A stretch of 64,000 nucleotides of DNA from Candidatus Uhrbacteria bacterium (GTDB lineage: Bacteria > Patescibacteriota > Patescibacteriia > JACQRZ01). The position numbers were made by a program, and so were the translations under genes. The notes below the pieces were generated by a model that had not been told where the DNA came from, made no database searches, and was given only the letters and a program-made list of their open reading frames with translations. Positions 19,033 through 28,793 of the stretch are shown piece by piece. The stretch covers positions 101,682-165,681 of the forward strand of contig JACPHV010000002.1 in assembly GCA_016188385.1 (NCBI GenBank), in the 5' to 3' direction. Numbering within the stretch: position 1 is the stretch's first letter; each line of letters starts with the position of its first letter.

Positions 19033-20088
19033 TTAATAGGGATAATCACCGCCCTGTAATCGATAATCGGGGAATAACTCATCTTCATTCAAATCGCTTG
19101 GCACAGCAGGCGATGTATCGAACTTGTTGAATAACGAATTCAGTTTTTCAAGATTTTCTTCCGTGTTGGCTATGAGCGGCAGTATAAATTTGGCCGATTC
19201 CACAGTGAAGGCGTCAGAAATTCTCTTTTGGGAATCTTGGCTCATCAATCCCCACAGTGTCCCGATTATGATGAGTATAAAACCAAAGATTGACCACGCT
19301 GCGGCGGCGGCTCGTTCAGAGCGAAATGCAATAAATGGCGTCGAACGCTCAACAGCCTCTACATCACGATACTGAAAATATCCGTACGCGATAAAAAAGG
19401 GGAAAGAAAAATATAAGACCACAAGCGAAAGAAACAAAGCAAGTATCCATCCGCCGGGTATTCCCAGAGATAGATAATATATCGCGAGTAAAAAAGTTGT
19501 CATGATAGCCATGGCAGCCGCGTATCTTCCGAACACTTTCATAAAAAGTCCGTGCAATAAATAACGGCTTTTCGCGAGGGTCTCTGTACCGCGCTCCTTT
19601 TCAAACAAGACGATATAGACTGCAAAGTAATACCAGATTGAGAAGAGGATCGGCAAGATTCCGGTAAACGAAGAGCCATACAGCACTAACGCGAGCAGAA
19701 TAGCTATCCAGTAGAGTGACGCAAATCTTTGACGGGCGAGGCCAAACGCCTTCTTGACTGAAATAATCTTGCCGCGCTTGTTATATTCATGCACGAGATA
19801 CGCCGCCGCAGCGAATAGATAACTGTATAGATATCCGAATGCAACCAATATTCCAAGATTGACCAATGAAACGAATGATTGCACAAACTGCGGCTGTTCC
19901 CTCACCAGCGCAGAAAGGATTCCGCTGATAAATAGGTTTGCAAAGCCGCTAGCCGCGATCAATGCGGTAATGCCGGCAAGCTGGCTAAACAACGCTCTGT
20001 AGACGTCGTAGGTGCGCGAAAGAAGCGACCCGACACCGGGTAAATTAACAATCGGTATAAAACCGTTTTGTTTTAATCTCATACGCAT
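19033..20088 (-). CDS. Hypothetical polytopic membrane protein
   Basis: About eight predicted TM helices. No recognisable motif. Confidence 0.5.
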   Translation of the reverse strand: MRMRLKQNGFIPIVNLPGVGSLLSRTYDVYRALFSQLAGITALIAASGFANLFISGILSALVREQPQFVQSFVSLVNLGILVAFGYLYSYLFAAAAYLVHEYNKRGKIISVKKAFGLARQRFASLYWIAILLALVLYGSSFTGILPILFSIWYYFAVYIVLFEKERGTETLAKSRYLLHGLFMKVFGRYAAAMAIMTTFLLAIYYLSLGIPGGWILALFLSLVVLYFSFPFFIAYGYFQYRDVEAVERSTPFIAFRSERAAAAAWSIFGFILIIIGTLWGLMSQDSQKRISDAFTVESAKFILPLIANTEENLEKLNSLFNKFDTSPAVPSDLNEDELFPDYRLQGGDYPY

Positions 20089-20168
20089 GGGTTGTATGAT
20101 TTAATGTTCAAATTGTCGATGTGGAAGGCTGTCGGCTACGCCGCCGTTATTTCTTCAAGTCCTTGACC

Positions 20169-20241
20169 TCCGCCCACCAGGAATCGAACCTGGAACCCCC
20201 AGCTTAAAAGGCTGTTGCTCTGCCGATTGAGCTATGGGCGG
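20169..20241 (-). tRNA. tRNA-Lys (anticodon TTT)
   Basis: The minus-strand sequence CCGCCCATAGCTCAATCGGCAGAGCAACAGCCTTTTAAGCTGGGGGTTCCAGGTTCGATTCCTGGTGGGCGGA folds as a cloverleaf. The 7-bp acceptor is CCGCCCA/TGGGCGG, the D-stem is GCTC/GAGC, the anticodon loop is CTTTTAA, and the T-arm is CCAGG-TTCGATT-CCTGG. Confidence 0.8.
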
Positions 20242-20636
20242 ATAGTGCGGGGCGGAGGTCAAGGACGTGCCGGTTGAGCTATGGACGGAACATGCGCTAG
20301 GCGCCGGATCATGGAGTGTGCCAAATAGCGATATAGGATGAATCCATCCTTGATTACTAGTATATTGCTATTGAAAAAAAACATCAAGGGATTTACTGAA
20401 CTATCCGCACATATGGTAACGAAAAGCCTATGCTTTTGGCCGCCTTCAAAGCCCTTCAGCGAAAAAAATCCTCATCGTATCTACGGATACGTTTGCGGTT
20501 TTTTTCGCCTCCAGGACTTTGATTCCGGCTCAAAATCATACATTTTTCTTGTTAACCCATGTATGGATAGTCAGTAAATGCTGGGGATATAGTGTGGACA
20601 GTTATTGACCTTGTCTTCCTGTGAGAATGGGATACA

Positions 20637-22067
20637 ATGAGCTCGCAGAATAATCATTGTTTTTCTATGGCTATCAATCAAGAATTAGTCGAGCGCATCC
20701 CCCCGCATAACATCGAAGCGGAGCAATCATTGCTTGGCGCTCTTCTTATCGACAAAGACGCGATCAATCGGATTGCGGACGCGATCACGCCCGCGGATTT
20801 TTATAAAAACAGCCATGGGATGATATTTGAAGCTATGGTCGAGCTCTATGAAAAACATGAGCCGATCGATCTGCTAAGCCTTGGCAACAGGCTCGATGAA
20901 CGCAAACAGCTTGAAGATATCGGCGGGAGAAGCTATCTCATCGGGCTCGCGCAAGTTGTCCCTACGTCAAGCAACGTAGCGCATTACGCAGGTATTATCC
21001 AAAAAAAAGCAACGCTGCGGCGTCTTCAGACAGTTGCCGCCGGAATCGCTGAATTGTCTTATACAGATAACGATTTAGAAGATCTCCTTGACAAGGCAGA
21101 AGAGCTGGTTTTTTCTGTTTCGCAAAAAGCGAACAAACAAGCGTTCTCTCCATTGAAAGAGATACTTGATGAGGCTTTCGAGCGCATAGATGCGATTCAT
21201 AAAGAAGGCGGGGGGGTGCGCGGTATTCCTACGGGATTTGCGCAGCTTGATAATCTCTTGGCCGGTCTGCAAAAATCCGATCTCATCGTGATCGCGGCAC
21301 GACCAAGCGTAGGCAAGACAAGCCTGGCGCTTGATTTCGCCCGCCGTATTGGGATGCGCGCCAAGAAATCAATCGGCATCTTCAGTCTCGAGATGTCAAA
21401 GGAGCAGCTTGTTGACCGCCTGATTTGTTCCGAGGCTGGCATTGACCTGTGGAAAATGCGCACGGGCAAGCTACAAGATCGCGAGGGTTCGGATGACTTT
21501 GTTCGCATCGGTCATGCAATGAATTCACTTTCTGAAGCAAAGATCTTCATCGATGATTCAGCTTCCGCTAATATTCTCGAGATTAAATCAAAAGCACGGC
21601 GCCTTCAGAGCGAACACGGACTTGATTGCATCATTCTCGACTATTTGCAGCTTATGGAGGGGAAGATGCGATCAGAGGGAAGAGTACAAGAAATTGCTGA
21701 AATCACCCGCGGCCTCAAAGCTATCGCGCGTGAATTAAACATACCGGTTATCGCTCTCTCCCAGCTCTCTCGCCAAGTTGAAATGATTAAACCAGCCATT
21801 CCCCGTTTATCGCATCTGCGAGAGTCCGGAACGATCGAACAAGACGCTGACGTTGTCATTTTCATTTATCGAAAGGCCGCTGACCGCAATTACCGATTCG
21901 AAGAATTGACTGATGAAGAAAAGCATCTAGCTGAAATCATGATAGCCAAACACCGCAATGGTCCAACGGGCACGGTGAAGCTCTACTGGGATGAGAAGCG
22001 CGTAAGTTTTCGCAACCTTGATCAACAGCATCAAGCTGGCGAACCGCTATTCCAAGTGCCATTTTAA
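20637..22067 (+). CDS. dnaB: Replicative DNA helicase DnaB
   Basis: N-terminal DnaB domain (NIEAEQSLLGALLID), Walker A region (ARPSVGKTSLALDFA), DYLQLM, and the C-terminal HRNGPTGTV. Confidence 0.9.
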   Translation: MSSQNNHCFSMAINQELVERIPPHNIEAEQSLLGALLIDKDAINRIADAITPADFYKNSHGMIFEAMVELYEKHEPIDLLSLGNRLDERKQLEDIGGRSYLIGLAQVVPTSSNVAHYAGIIQKKATLRRLQTVAAGIAELSYTDNDLEDLLDKAEELVFSVSQKANKQAFSPLKEILDEAFERIDAIHKEGGGVRGIPTGFAQLDNLLAGLQKSDLIVIAARPSVGKTSLALDFARRIGMRAKKSIGIFSLEMSKEQLVDRLICSEAGIDLWKMRTGKLQDREGSDDFVRIGHAMNSLSEAKIFIDDSASANILEIKSKARRLQSEHGLDCIILDYLQLMEGKMRSEGRVQEIAEITRGLKAIARELNIPVIALSQLSRQVEMIKPAIPRLSHLRESGTIEQDADVVIFIYRKAADRNYRFEELTDEEKHLAEIMIAKHRNGPTGTVKLYWDEKRVSFRNLDQQHQAGEPLFQVPF

Positions 22068-22118
22068 GGGATTATGAATACCAAAAGCGACCATATCTAT
22101 ACATGAGGACCGCAATCA

Positions 22119-22721
22119 ATGTCATATCCGCATTCAATACAAAATTTGATTGACTATTTTACGAAATTCCCGGGAATAGGAGAAAAGACCGCGCAACGAT
22201 TCGTATTTTTTTTATTGCGCCAACCTCAACAAGAGTTAATCCGGTTCGCAAAACTTATCATGAATCTACCCGACGCGATCACGCTATGCCGCGTATGCTA
22301 TAACTATACGGAAAAAAATCCATGCGCCATCTGCTCGGCCGCAAGAGACAAAAGCATGTTATGCGTAGTCTCGCATAGCCATGATCTAAGCGCGGTGGAA
22401 CGCACAGGAGCATATCACGGATTCTATCACGTGCTTGGGGGTACGCTTAATATTCTCGATGGCATTACGCCGGATAAACTCCGATTCAAGGAGCTTATCG
22501 AACGCATCGCGGCGCCGGATATAAAAATACAGGAATTAATATTAGCATTTAATCCTGACCTTGAAGGAGAAAGCACTGTTCTGTATTTATCCAAACTGTT
22601 AAAGTCGTACAAAGTACGCGTTACCAAATTGGCGCGGGGCTTGCCGCGAGGCGCCGATATCGAATACGCCGATGATGTCACTTTGTCTGAAGCTCTACGA
22701 GCACGAAAAGATGTTTTTTAG
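22119..22721 (+). CDS. recR: Recombination protein RecR
   Basis: N-terminal HhH (LIDYFTKFPGIGEKTAQRFVFFLL), a C4 zinc finger (CRVC...CAIC), and a Toprim domain. 200 aa. Confidence 0.9.
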   Translation: MSYPHSIQNLIDYFTKFPGIGEKTAQRFVFFLLRQPQQELIRFAKLIMNLPDAITLCRVCYNYTEKNPCAICSAARDKSMLCVVSHSHDLSAVERTGAYHGFYHVLGGTLNILDGITPDKLRFKELIERIAAPDIKIQELILAFNPDLEGESTVLYLSKLLKSYKVRVTKLARGLPRGADIEYADDVTLSEALRARKDVF

Positions 22722-22771
22722 CAGATACTTTTGTAATTCGCTCCGTTTCCGAATGTCAATTCCTAACAGGT

Positions 22772-23086
22772 TTAGGAAATCGCGGTAATCCGTACTTTTG
22801 TATATTCTTGACGATGGCCCCTTTTTCTGCGATAACGCACTTTTGGCTTAAACTTCACCACGGTCACTTTTTTTGCCCTGCCTTGTTCAACGATGATCGC
22901 TTTTACCGATGTTCCGGATAGAAATGGCGCGCCAAGCTGGATCTCATTACCGTCTTGGGATGCAATCAAAAGCACTTCTTCGAATGAGACATCTTCTCCG
23001 ACGGCGCCGGAGAGTTTCTCCACTTTAAGATCATCCCCTTCCTTCACGAGATATTGTTTGCCTCCTGTTTTTATTACCGCGTACAT
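22772..23086 (-). CDS. rplU: 50S ribosomal protein L21
   Basis: MYAVIKTGGKQYLVKEGD...KFKPKVRYRRKRGHRQEYTKVRI matches the bL21 signature. 104 aa. Confidence 0.85.
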   Translation of the reverse strand: MYAVIKTGGKQYLVKEGDDLKVEKLSGAVGEDVSFEEVLLIASQDGNEIQLGAPFLSGTSVKAIIVEQGRAKKVTVVKFKPKVRYRRKRGHRQEYTKVRITAIS

Positions 23087-23202
23087 AGATCAATCATATG
23101 TATGATGAGCGCATTATGCCAGATACTTTTTTATCTGTCAACATGCATGACCGCGCTCCTCTTACGCAAAGCTGTTGATATCCGAAAGGATCTTTAGTTG
23201 TA

Positions 23203-23742
23203 CTACGCGGCTTTTTTTTGCTGCTGAATAGGACGAGTCGCCTCGCCCGTTTCTATTGGCAATGATTTCTTCACAAAATCGGTAAGCAATACCTTGACAA
23301 AAATCTCACCTGACGGCATATGCGACAATTGCCTTCTATCAAGTCGCGCGTCCGTCATCATTGACTGGACTACCTCGTTCATGCCTATCTTTCCACTGAT
23401 GATCTTCTCTTGCGCGTTCTTAATCCGCAGATAAAGCATATCCGTTAATAAGGAGCGGACCGTATCATCCTGCACGTTGAATTTCTCCTTAAACCCAGTT
23501 TCAATATTCTGATGCAATTCTTCCTGTCCTTTGTCGGCGCTTCGTGCCTCTGTTACGCTTTCGAGCGCAGAGTGCAAATCAGTTATTTCATCGCGATATT
23601 TCGGAAAAAAAGTCGCCATATCCTTGAGATGTTTGGCGCGAGCGGTAGGATCTTGCTTCTGAAACGCTTCCCCTAATTGTTTTACTGTCTCAAGAAAATA
23701 TGCTGTTGCCTGCTCTTGTTCGACACGTGAAATTTGTTCCAT
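23203..23742 (-). CDS. Hypothetical protein
   Basis: ORF with no recognisable motif. The start is trimmed to the internal Met (MEQISRVEQ) to avoid a 40-nt overlap with the upstream gene. Confidence 0.35.
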   Translation of the reverse strand: MEQISRVEQEQATAYFLETVKQLGEAFQKQDPTARAKHLKDMATFFPKYRDEITDLHSALESVTEARSADKGQEELHQNIETGFKEKFNVQDDTVRSLLTDMLYLRIKNAQEKIISGKIGMNEVVQSMMTDARLDRRQLSHMPSGEIFVKVLLTDFVKKSLPIETGEATRPIQQQKKAA

Positions 23743-23759
23743 ATCCGATTGAATAATAG

Positions 23760-24845
23760 TTAAGCGCTCTGTTGTCTGCGGTAGAGGAGAAATCCGCATA
23801 CCACCATGAGAGCAACGACTACTCCGAGCGCCATCAATTTTTCAGCGCTCTGCAAAAAAAGCCCCGCGATTCCGAAACTCGCTGAAAAAAAATAGAGTGC
23901 CAAAACAGCGGATCGATGGGAAAAACCGGCATCCAACAGCCGAAAATGCAGATGCTTTCGGTCGCCAACAAATGGCGAACGCTTCTCGACTATGACCCTC
24001 CTGGCAAGAACCCATGCGACATCAAGGATCGGAATACCAAGGATCAATAACAGGGTTGCGAATTTCGCTCCGGAGATGATCGCTATCACGCCGAGCATAT
24101 ACCCTGCCAATGTGCTGCCCGCTTCTCCAAGAAAAATCTTCGCGGGATGGAAATTCATAATCAAGAAACCGGCGAATGCTCCCGCGATTATCAGAGAGAG
24201 CACTGCCGTGGGCATATTCACAAAAAATACTATGCTGACAAGAGAGATGATCACGGCTCCGATTACCGTAATTCCGCTTACAAGGCCGTCCAAGCCATCC
24301 AGCAGCTTTGTGGTATACATCATTCCCATGAGCCACATGAATGTAATCAAATCCGCCCAAACCGTAACAAAGCGCGGCAAATCATTCCACCAAAACAACA
24401 GGATATTCCATTGATCAAGACGGATAACTCCTCCAAATGGATTTGTGATCACGTCTACACCGATACCAAAAGAAATTACCACTATCGCGGCGAAGATTGG
24501 CGCGAGGATTTGATACCGCGGACGCAGTGAGTAGATATCGTCCAACATCCCGCCCAGAACAAGGATACCTCCGCCAAGCAGAATACCAAAAAGATGCTTC
24601 CCATGAACATGGGCATCGGTTATAGCGATCCATGAGTCAGGGCTCAAGAGATAATACAGTACGATGCTTACGGTACACGCCGCATAAATAGCAAGACCGC
24701 CAAGCAGCGGGGTAGGTTGTGTATGCAGCTTACGGCCGCCTATCGGCGCATCAACGATCGCGTAGCGAAGGGCTATACGGCGAATGACACCTGTGAACAC
24801 TACACTGATCAATACCACCGCGCCTGCAAGCGCAACAAAGGTCAT
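23760..24845 (-). CDS. Glycosyltransferase family 4 polyprenyl-phosphate HexNAc-1-phosphate transferase (WecA/MraY superfamily; WecA-like)
   Basis: About ten TM helices. Has DDxxS ([10 protein letters not shown]), KLLDGLDGL, and the [12 protein letters not shown] motifs of the MraY/WecA family. It lacks the MraY HHH motif, so it is closer to WecA/TagO. Confidence 0.75.
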   Translation of the reverse strand: MTFVALAGAVVLISVVFTGVIRRIALRYAIVDAPIGGRKLHTQPTPLLGGLAIYAACTVSIVLYYLLSPDSWIAITDAHVHGKHLFGILLGGGILVLGGMLDDIYSLRPRYQILAPIFAAIVVISFGIGVDVITNPFGGVIRLDQWNILLFWWNDLPRFVTVWADLITFMWLMGMMYTTKLLDGLDGLVSGITVIGAVIISLVSIVFFVNMPTAVLSLIIAGAFAGFLIMNFHPAKIFLGEAGSTLAGYMLGVIAIISGAKFATLLLILGIPILDVAWVLARRVIVEKRSPFVGDRKHLHFRLLDAGFSHRSAVLALYFFSASFGIAGLFLQSAEKLMALGVVVALMVVCGFLLYRRQQSA

Positions 24846-26290
24846 AGGGGTATTACATTCGTGCCTTCGGAAGTATCCTCAACTCGATATCCCCGCTTCT
24901 CAATCTTGACGCGAAGCATATCGGAACGCTTCCAGTCCTTATGCTCGCGAGCCTCGTTTCTCTGTTTGACGAGCGAGGAGATGCCAGCCGGCAATGCTTT
25001 TGCGCCGTACTTTTCAATCCCAAAACCAAAAACGGCATCCCATTTCAGCAATGTGCGATGAAGCGATTGATAATCCCCTGCTCTGTACGTCTCGCGCATC
25101 CCATGAATACGCTTGAGGAATGTAAAAAGAATCGCAAGTGTTTTCGGCATATTAAGATCATCCGCGAGCGCTGCGTCGAATTTGTCATCATACTCAACGC
25201 GAAATTCAGCCGTTCCTGCACTCTCGGAACCCTTTGGCGCGTTGCGTGCGGCATGAGTGAGTGATTTTATATCGCGTACAAGATTTGACATTCCCTCATG
25301 TGCTTGGGCAAGCGCGTCCCAAGAGAACGACAGCTTCTGCCGGTAGTGTGCGGAATAGCAAAAAAAACGATAATCCATCGGAGAAAATCCCCGATCCTTT
25401 ATATCTCGCATCGTGATAAAATTGCCGGCTGATTTTCCCATGCGCATTTTATCAATGACAAGAAACTCCGCGTGCATCCAATAGCGAGCCATTCTTTTGC
25501 CGGCCGCTGCCTCGCTTTGAGCGATTTCGTTCGTATGGTGGATCGGTATATGATCGATTCCGCCCGTATGAATGTCGAAAGGCTGGCCGAGATATTTCGT
25601 TGACATTGCCGAACATTCAATGTGCCAGCCGGGAAATCCGATTCCCCAAGGACTTTTCCATTCCATTTCTCGTTTTTCTCCCTTATCCGAAGATGGAGAA
25701 AATTTCCATAGAGCAAAATCCCATGGATTGCGTTTTTCTTTATTCTCCTTCACGCGCGCGCCTGCTTTTTGGTCGGAAAGATTCAGACGAGCGAGTTTCG
25801 GGTAATCTTTGAAATGCGAAGTATTAAAATAGATACCATCGCTTATGCGGTATGTATATCCCTTCTTCTCCAATATTTCTATGAGCTGAATCTGCTCCTC
25901 GATATGATCGGTTGCTTTGGACCAAACAGACGGAGGGATAATGTTTAATTCAGTAATTGTCTCCTGAAAAACTTTTGTATAATACGCCGCGATGTCCCAT
26001 ACGCTTTTTTTCTCCTTGAGCGCGGCGAGAAGAAGCTTATCTTCCCCGATATCAGCATCAGAAGTCAAATGTCCGACGTCGGTAATATTCATGACATGCT
26101 TGACGCGGTATCCAAAGTACATGAGAGATCGTTTCAGCGTGTCGACAAACAGATAGGTGCGCAGATTTCCGATATGAGCGTAGTTGTATACGGTCGGACC
26201 GCACGAGTAGAGTCCGACCGCTTTTCCTTTCAACGGACGAAAAACCTCCTTCTTCCGAGTGAGCGTATTGAAAAGCTTCATGCCCTGCAT
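24842..26290 (-). CDS. cysS: Cysteinyl-tRNA synthetase
   Basis: [17 protein letters not shown] (HIGH) and KMGKSAGN (KMSKS), with a zinc-binding Cys near the N-terminus. Confidence 0.9.
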   Translation of the reverse strand: MQGMKLFNTLTRKKEVFRPLKGKAVGLYSCGPTVYNYAHIGNLRTYLFVDTLKRSLMYFGYRVKHVMNITDVGHLTSDADIGEDKLLLAALKEKKSVWDIAAYYTKVFQETITELNIIPPSVWSKATDHIEEQIQLIEILEKKGYTYRISDGIYFNTSHFKDYPKLARLNLSDQKAGARVKENKEKRNPWDFALWKFSPSSDKGEKREMEWKSPWGIGFPGWHIECSAMSTKYLGQPFDIHTGGIDHIPIHHTNEIAQSEAAAGKRMARYWMHAEFLVIDKMRMGKSAGNFITMRDIKDRGFSPMDYRFFCYSAHYRQKLSFSWDALAQAHEGMSNLVRDIKSLTHAARNAPKGSESAGTAEFRVEYDDKFDAALADDLNMPKTLAILFTFLKRIHGMRETYRAGDYQSLHRTLLKWDAVFGFGIEKYGAKALPAGISSLVKQRNEAREHKDWKRSDMLRVKIEKRGYRVEDTSEGTNVIPL

Positions 26291-26317
26291 ATATGTATCA
26301 TTGCCGTTCCCATACGT

Positions 26318-26932
26318 TCACTTGTACCATTTTGATTTTGGCTTTGCAAGAAACGATTGGTAATCCTCCAATAGATAACGCAATGGACGAGATGCCCATT
26401 CGCGCCCGGCATAGTCAATATTGATTCGCGGCGTGCGGTTGATTCTGCGAGCGAGCTCTCCCTTGCCTGTTTGAATCCAAATTTCTTTTCCCTTTGTGAT
26501 ATCGTATCCATACTGTTCGCCTGACAATCCAAGCCATCTGCATACCTTGCCGGGACCGTTGGTCAATTGTATTCGTTCTCGATTCGAAAGCCGGGTATCA
26601 TGACCGACAGTCGGATTGATTGCGCGTATGAGCACGCATGACGGCCATCCCTCCTTGCCGGTGGAGATATTGCACTGCCAATACATCCCGTACACGAGGT
26701 AAATATAGATATGGCCTCCGATCAAAAATTCTGCTTGATTGCGCGCGGTCCGCTTTCCTTGATAAGCATGCGACGCCTTGTCTTGAGGTCCGGGATAACT
26801 CTCGGTTTCAATTATTACTCCCCCGCGCACCGTACCTTGCGATGTGCAAAAAATCGTCATGCCGAGCAGAAGCCGCGCTACACTGCGTGATTGCAGGAGA
26901 AAAAATGCTCGGTCCGCCGTTCCCGACCCCAT
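26318..26932 (-). CDS. mpg: DNA-3-methyladenine glycosylase (AAG/Mpg family)
   Basis: RLLLG....GGVIIETESYPG..DKASHAYQGKRTARNQAEF..GGHIYIYLVYGMYWQCNI....SCVLIRAINP...LTNGPGKVCRWLGL are all characteristic Mpg blocks. The start is trimmed to the Met at 26932. Confidence 0.75.
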   Translation of the reverse strand: MGSGTADRAFFLLQSRSVARLLLGMTIFCTSQGTVRGGVIIETESYPGPQDKASHAYQGKRTARNQAEFLIGGHIYIYLVYGMYWQCNISTGKEGWPSCVLIRAINPTVGHDTRLSNRERIQLTNGPGKVCRWLGLSGEQYGYDITKGKEIWIQTGKGELARRINRTPRINIDYAGREWASRPLRYLLEDYQSFLAKPKSKWYK

Positions 26933-26939
26933 ACCATTC

Positions 26940-28793
26940 TTATCGATTGACGAGAACTGTGCCGCCCGTAACAGTATCCTTCGCATGAACGATTACGGAA
27001 GGCAAGGCGGACGAAAGATCGCCTTCAACCGTAAAACGGGCGGATACCGCTCTTACGCCCTCCGGCAAACGATTGATTGACCAAACCACCTCCCGCGTAT
27101 CTGGCATATAACGAATTTCTCCCGCTGAAACAAAAGTCTGTGAAGACCACATCGCGGCGGGTGACAGCACTGTTTTTACGGTGATTCCAGAGAGCGCGTG
27201 GCGCGTATTTTCCAAACTCCACTCAAACGTCGTTGCGGTAACGGGATCGCTTCTCACATCGTGCCTCAACGCGAGAGAAGTGTCTGAATCGAATTGAATC
27301 GTTATTGTTTTTTCCGCTACCGTCCTTGAAAGCATTTCCTTTTCGCCCGCCGAAGAAAGTATTCCTCCGATTTCTGCTGAAAATCGAATCGGAATAGTAT
27401 CCGGTACATTGCTCAAAGCACCCTGTTCATAGAGCGATCGATACGTGATCGGATCAAGAGTCCGCACGCGAATACTCACAGCTCCCTTTTCTCCTGGAGC
27501 CAATGCCGCGAGGATAGGCACCGCTTCCGATGTAATATCTGCTGACACGCCATGTTCGGCATCCAAGACAATCTGCCGCGGCTCTTGCATCGGACTGTCA
27601 AAGGGTACCGGCAAAAGATAAGGACTGGCGGGAATCACGATACGCACAGCCGTATCCAAAAAAGTTTTTGTGCCCTTATTCTCGAATTCGATTCCGATCG
27701 TATGCGTGGCATTGTCTCCTGTTTGCGTAAAAGGAAGGGATACGCCATCGGATCCGTCGATCAACAAACGCAATGAGAGATTTTTCTCCTCCGGAGCCAC
27801 AACCTGCGGGACGAACAGTGTCTCGTCAAGTACGATAAATTCAATATCGCTTTCATATCCGATGGACGCGGTAATTCCATTCCCGGCATCTGGTGTCGCG
27901 GAAAAACCGCCGGTGAGCGTGATGATCCTCGTATCCGGATTATTCGAGTCGCGAGAATTCTCCAACTCGCTCAAATCCCATATGAATCCCGCGGATGATG
28001 GTTGCGGGACCGCGCTAACGTTCTGGAGAACAGGCGGTACGATCACGCGGAGTTTTAACGGCCGGACTACGGACAAGTCAGGTACGGTGTAGCGCTCGGC
28101 GCTTTCATGGTATTTGATTTGATACGTTCCTGTCTTGCCTTGTTCCACAGTATGCGGTCCTTCAATACGGAGACGGAACGGCGAGCGCTTCACGAGCACC
28201 GACGCGCTTGCTTGAGCCTTGAATTCCGATGACAGATTCACCGGCTGATAATAGACCAATGCCTCGAATTCTTTTTCTGATTCATCCTCCGATACCATCC
28301 TTCCTTGAATTGCCAGATCTATCTGCTCATTACTTTTCAGCACGCCCAACTCCCAATATGTATGCTGTTCATTTTTCGGCAAGACAGGACTGGCATCAAT
28401 GTAATGGAACCCATCGGGAAATGTCATGGACGCGCTTAGTCGATCAATGGGATTGGCGCCTACATTTTTTATCGTCAGAGTTGCGGTAACAGTGCCGTTG
28501 GCCACCACAGAATCTCGATCCAGATCAAACCGAACATCAATAAATCGATTGTCGCTTGTGCCAAAAGTTTTGATGATATTGATATCTCCGCCGTTCATAT
28601 ATTGGTAGCCGATCCATGCTGCTCCGGCAAGCAATGCAAAAAGCAGGAGCGCGGCTATCGCGAGAAGCGGAGGAATCGTACGCGGAGCGCCCTCAAGGAT
28701 GGTCATGTCGCGATCTGGAGTCGCGTATGACTCATAAAAGGCTCGCAATGGATCATGCGATTGCCGCTTCTTTCTATCAGTCTTGTTGTTCAT
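26940..28793 (-). CDS. Hypothetical membrane-anchored extracellular protein with repeated beta-sandwich-like segments
   Basis: Has an N-terminal TM anchor (TIPPLLAIAALLLFALLAGAAWIGYQY). The body is rich in T/S/V beta-strands, e.g. ANGTVTATLTIKNVGANP (CARDB/DUF11-like). It is translationally coupled to the upstream gene by a 4-nt overlap. Confidence 0.5.
   Translation of the reverse strand: MNNKTDRKKRQSHDPLRAFYESYATPDRDMTILEGAPRTIPPLLAIAALLLFALLAGAAWIGYQYMNGGDINIIKTFGTSDNRFIDVRFDLDRDSVVANGTVTATLTIKNVGANPIDRLSASMTFPDGFHYIDASPVLPKNEQHTYWELGVLKSNEQIDLAIQGRMVSEDESEKEFEALVYYQPVNLSSEFKAQASASVLVKRSPFRLRIEGPHTVEQGKTGTYQIKYHESAERYTVPDLSVVRPLKLRVIVPPVLQNVSAVPQPSSAGFIWDLSELENSRDSNNPDTRIITLTGGFSATPDAGNGITASIGYESDIEFIVLDETLFVPQVVAPEEKNLSLRLLIDGSDGVSLPFTQTGDNATHTIGIEFENKGTKTFLDTAVRIVIPASPYLLPVPFDSPMQEPRQIVLDAEHGVSADITSEAVPILAALAPGEKGAVSIRVRTLDPITYRSLYEQGALSNVPDTIPIRFSAEIGGILSSAGEKEMLSRTVAEKTITIQFDSDTSLALRHDVRSDPVTATTFEWSLENTRHALSGITVKTVLSPAAMWSSQTFVSAGEIRYMPDTREVVWSINRLPEGVRAVSARFTVEGDLSSALPSVIVHAKDTVTGGTVLVNR

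Noticed and set aside
20338-20577. 79-aa ORF upstream of dnaB
   Set aside because: It has no RBS, an implausible composition, and lies in a promoter or leader region. A single near-DnaA-box (TATCCGCAC) is insufficient to call an origin.
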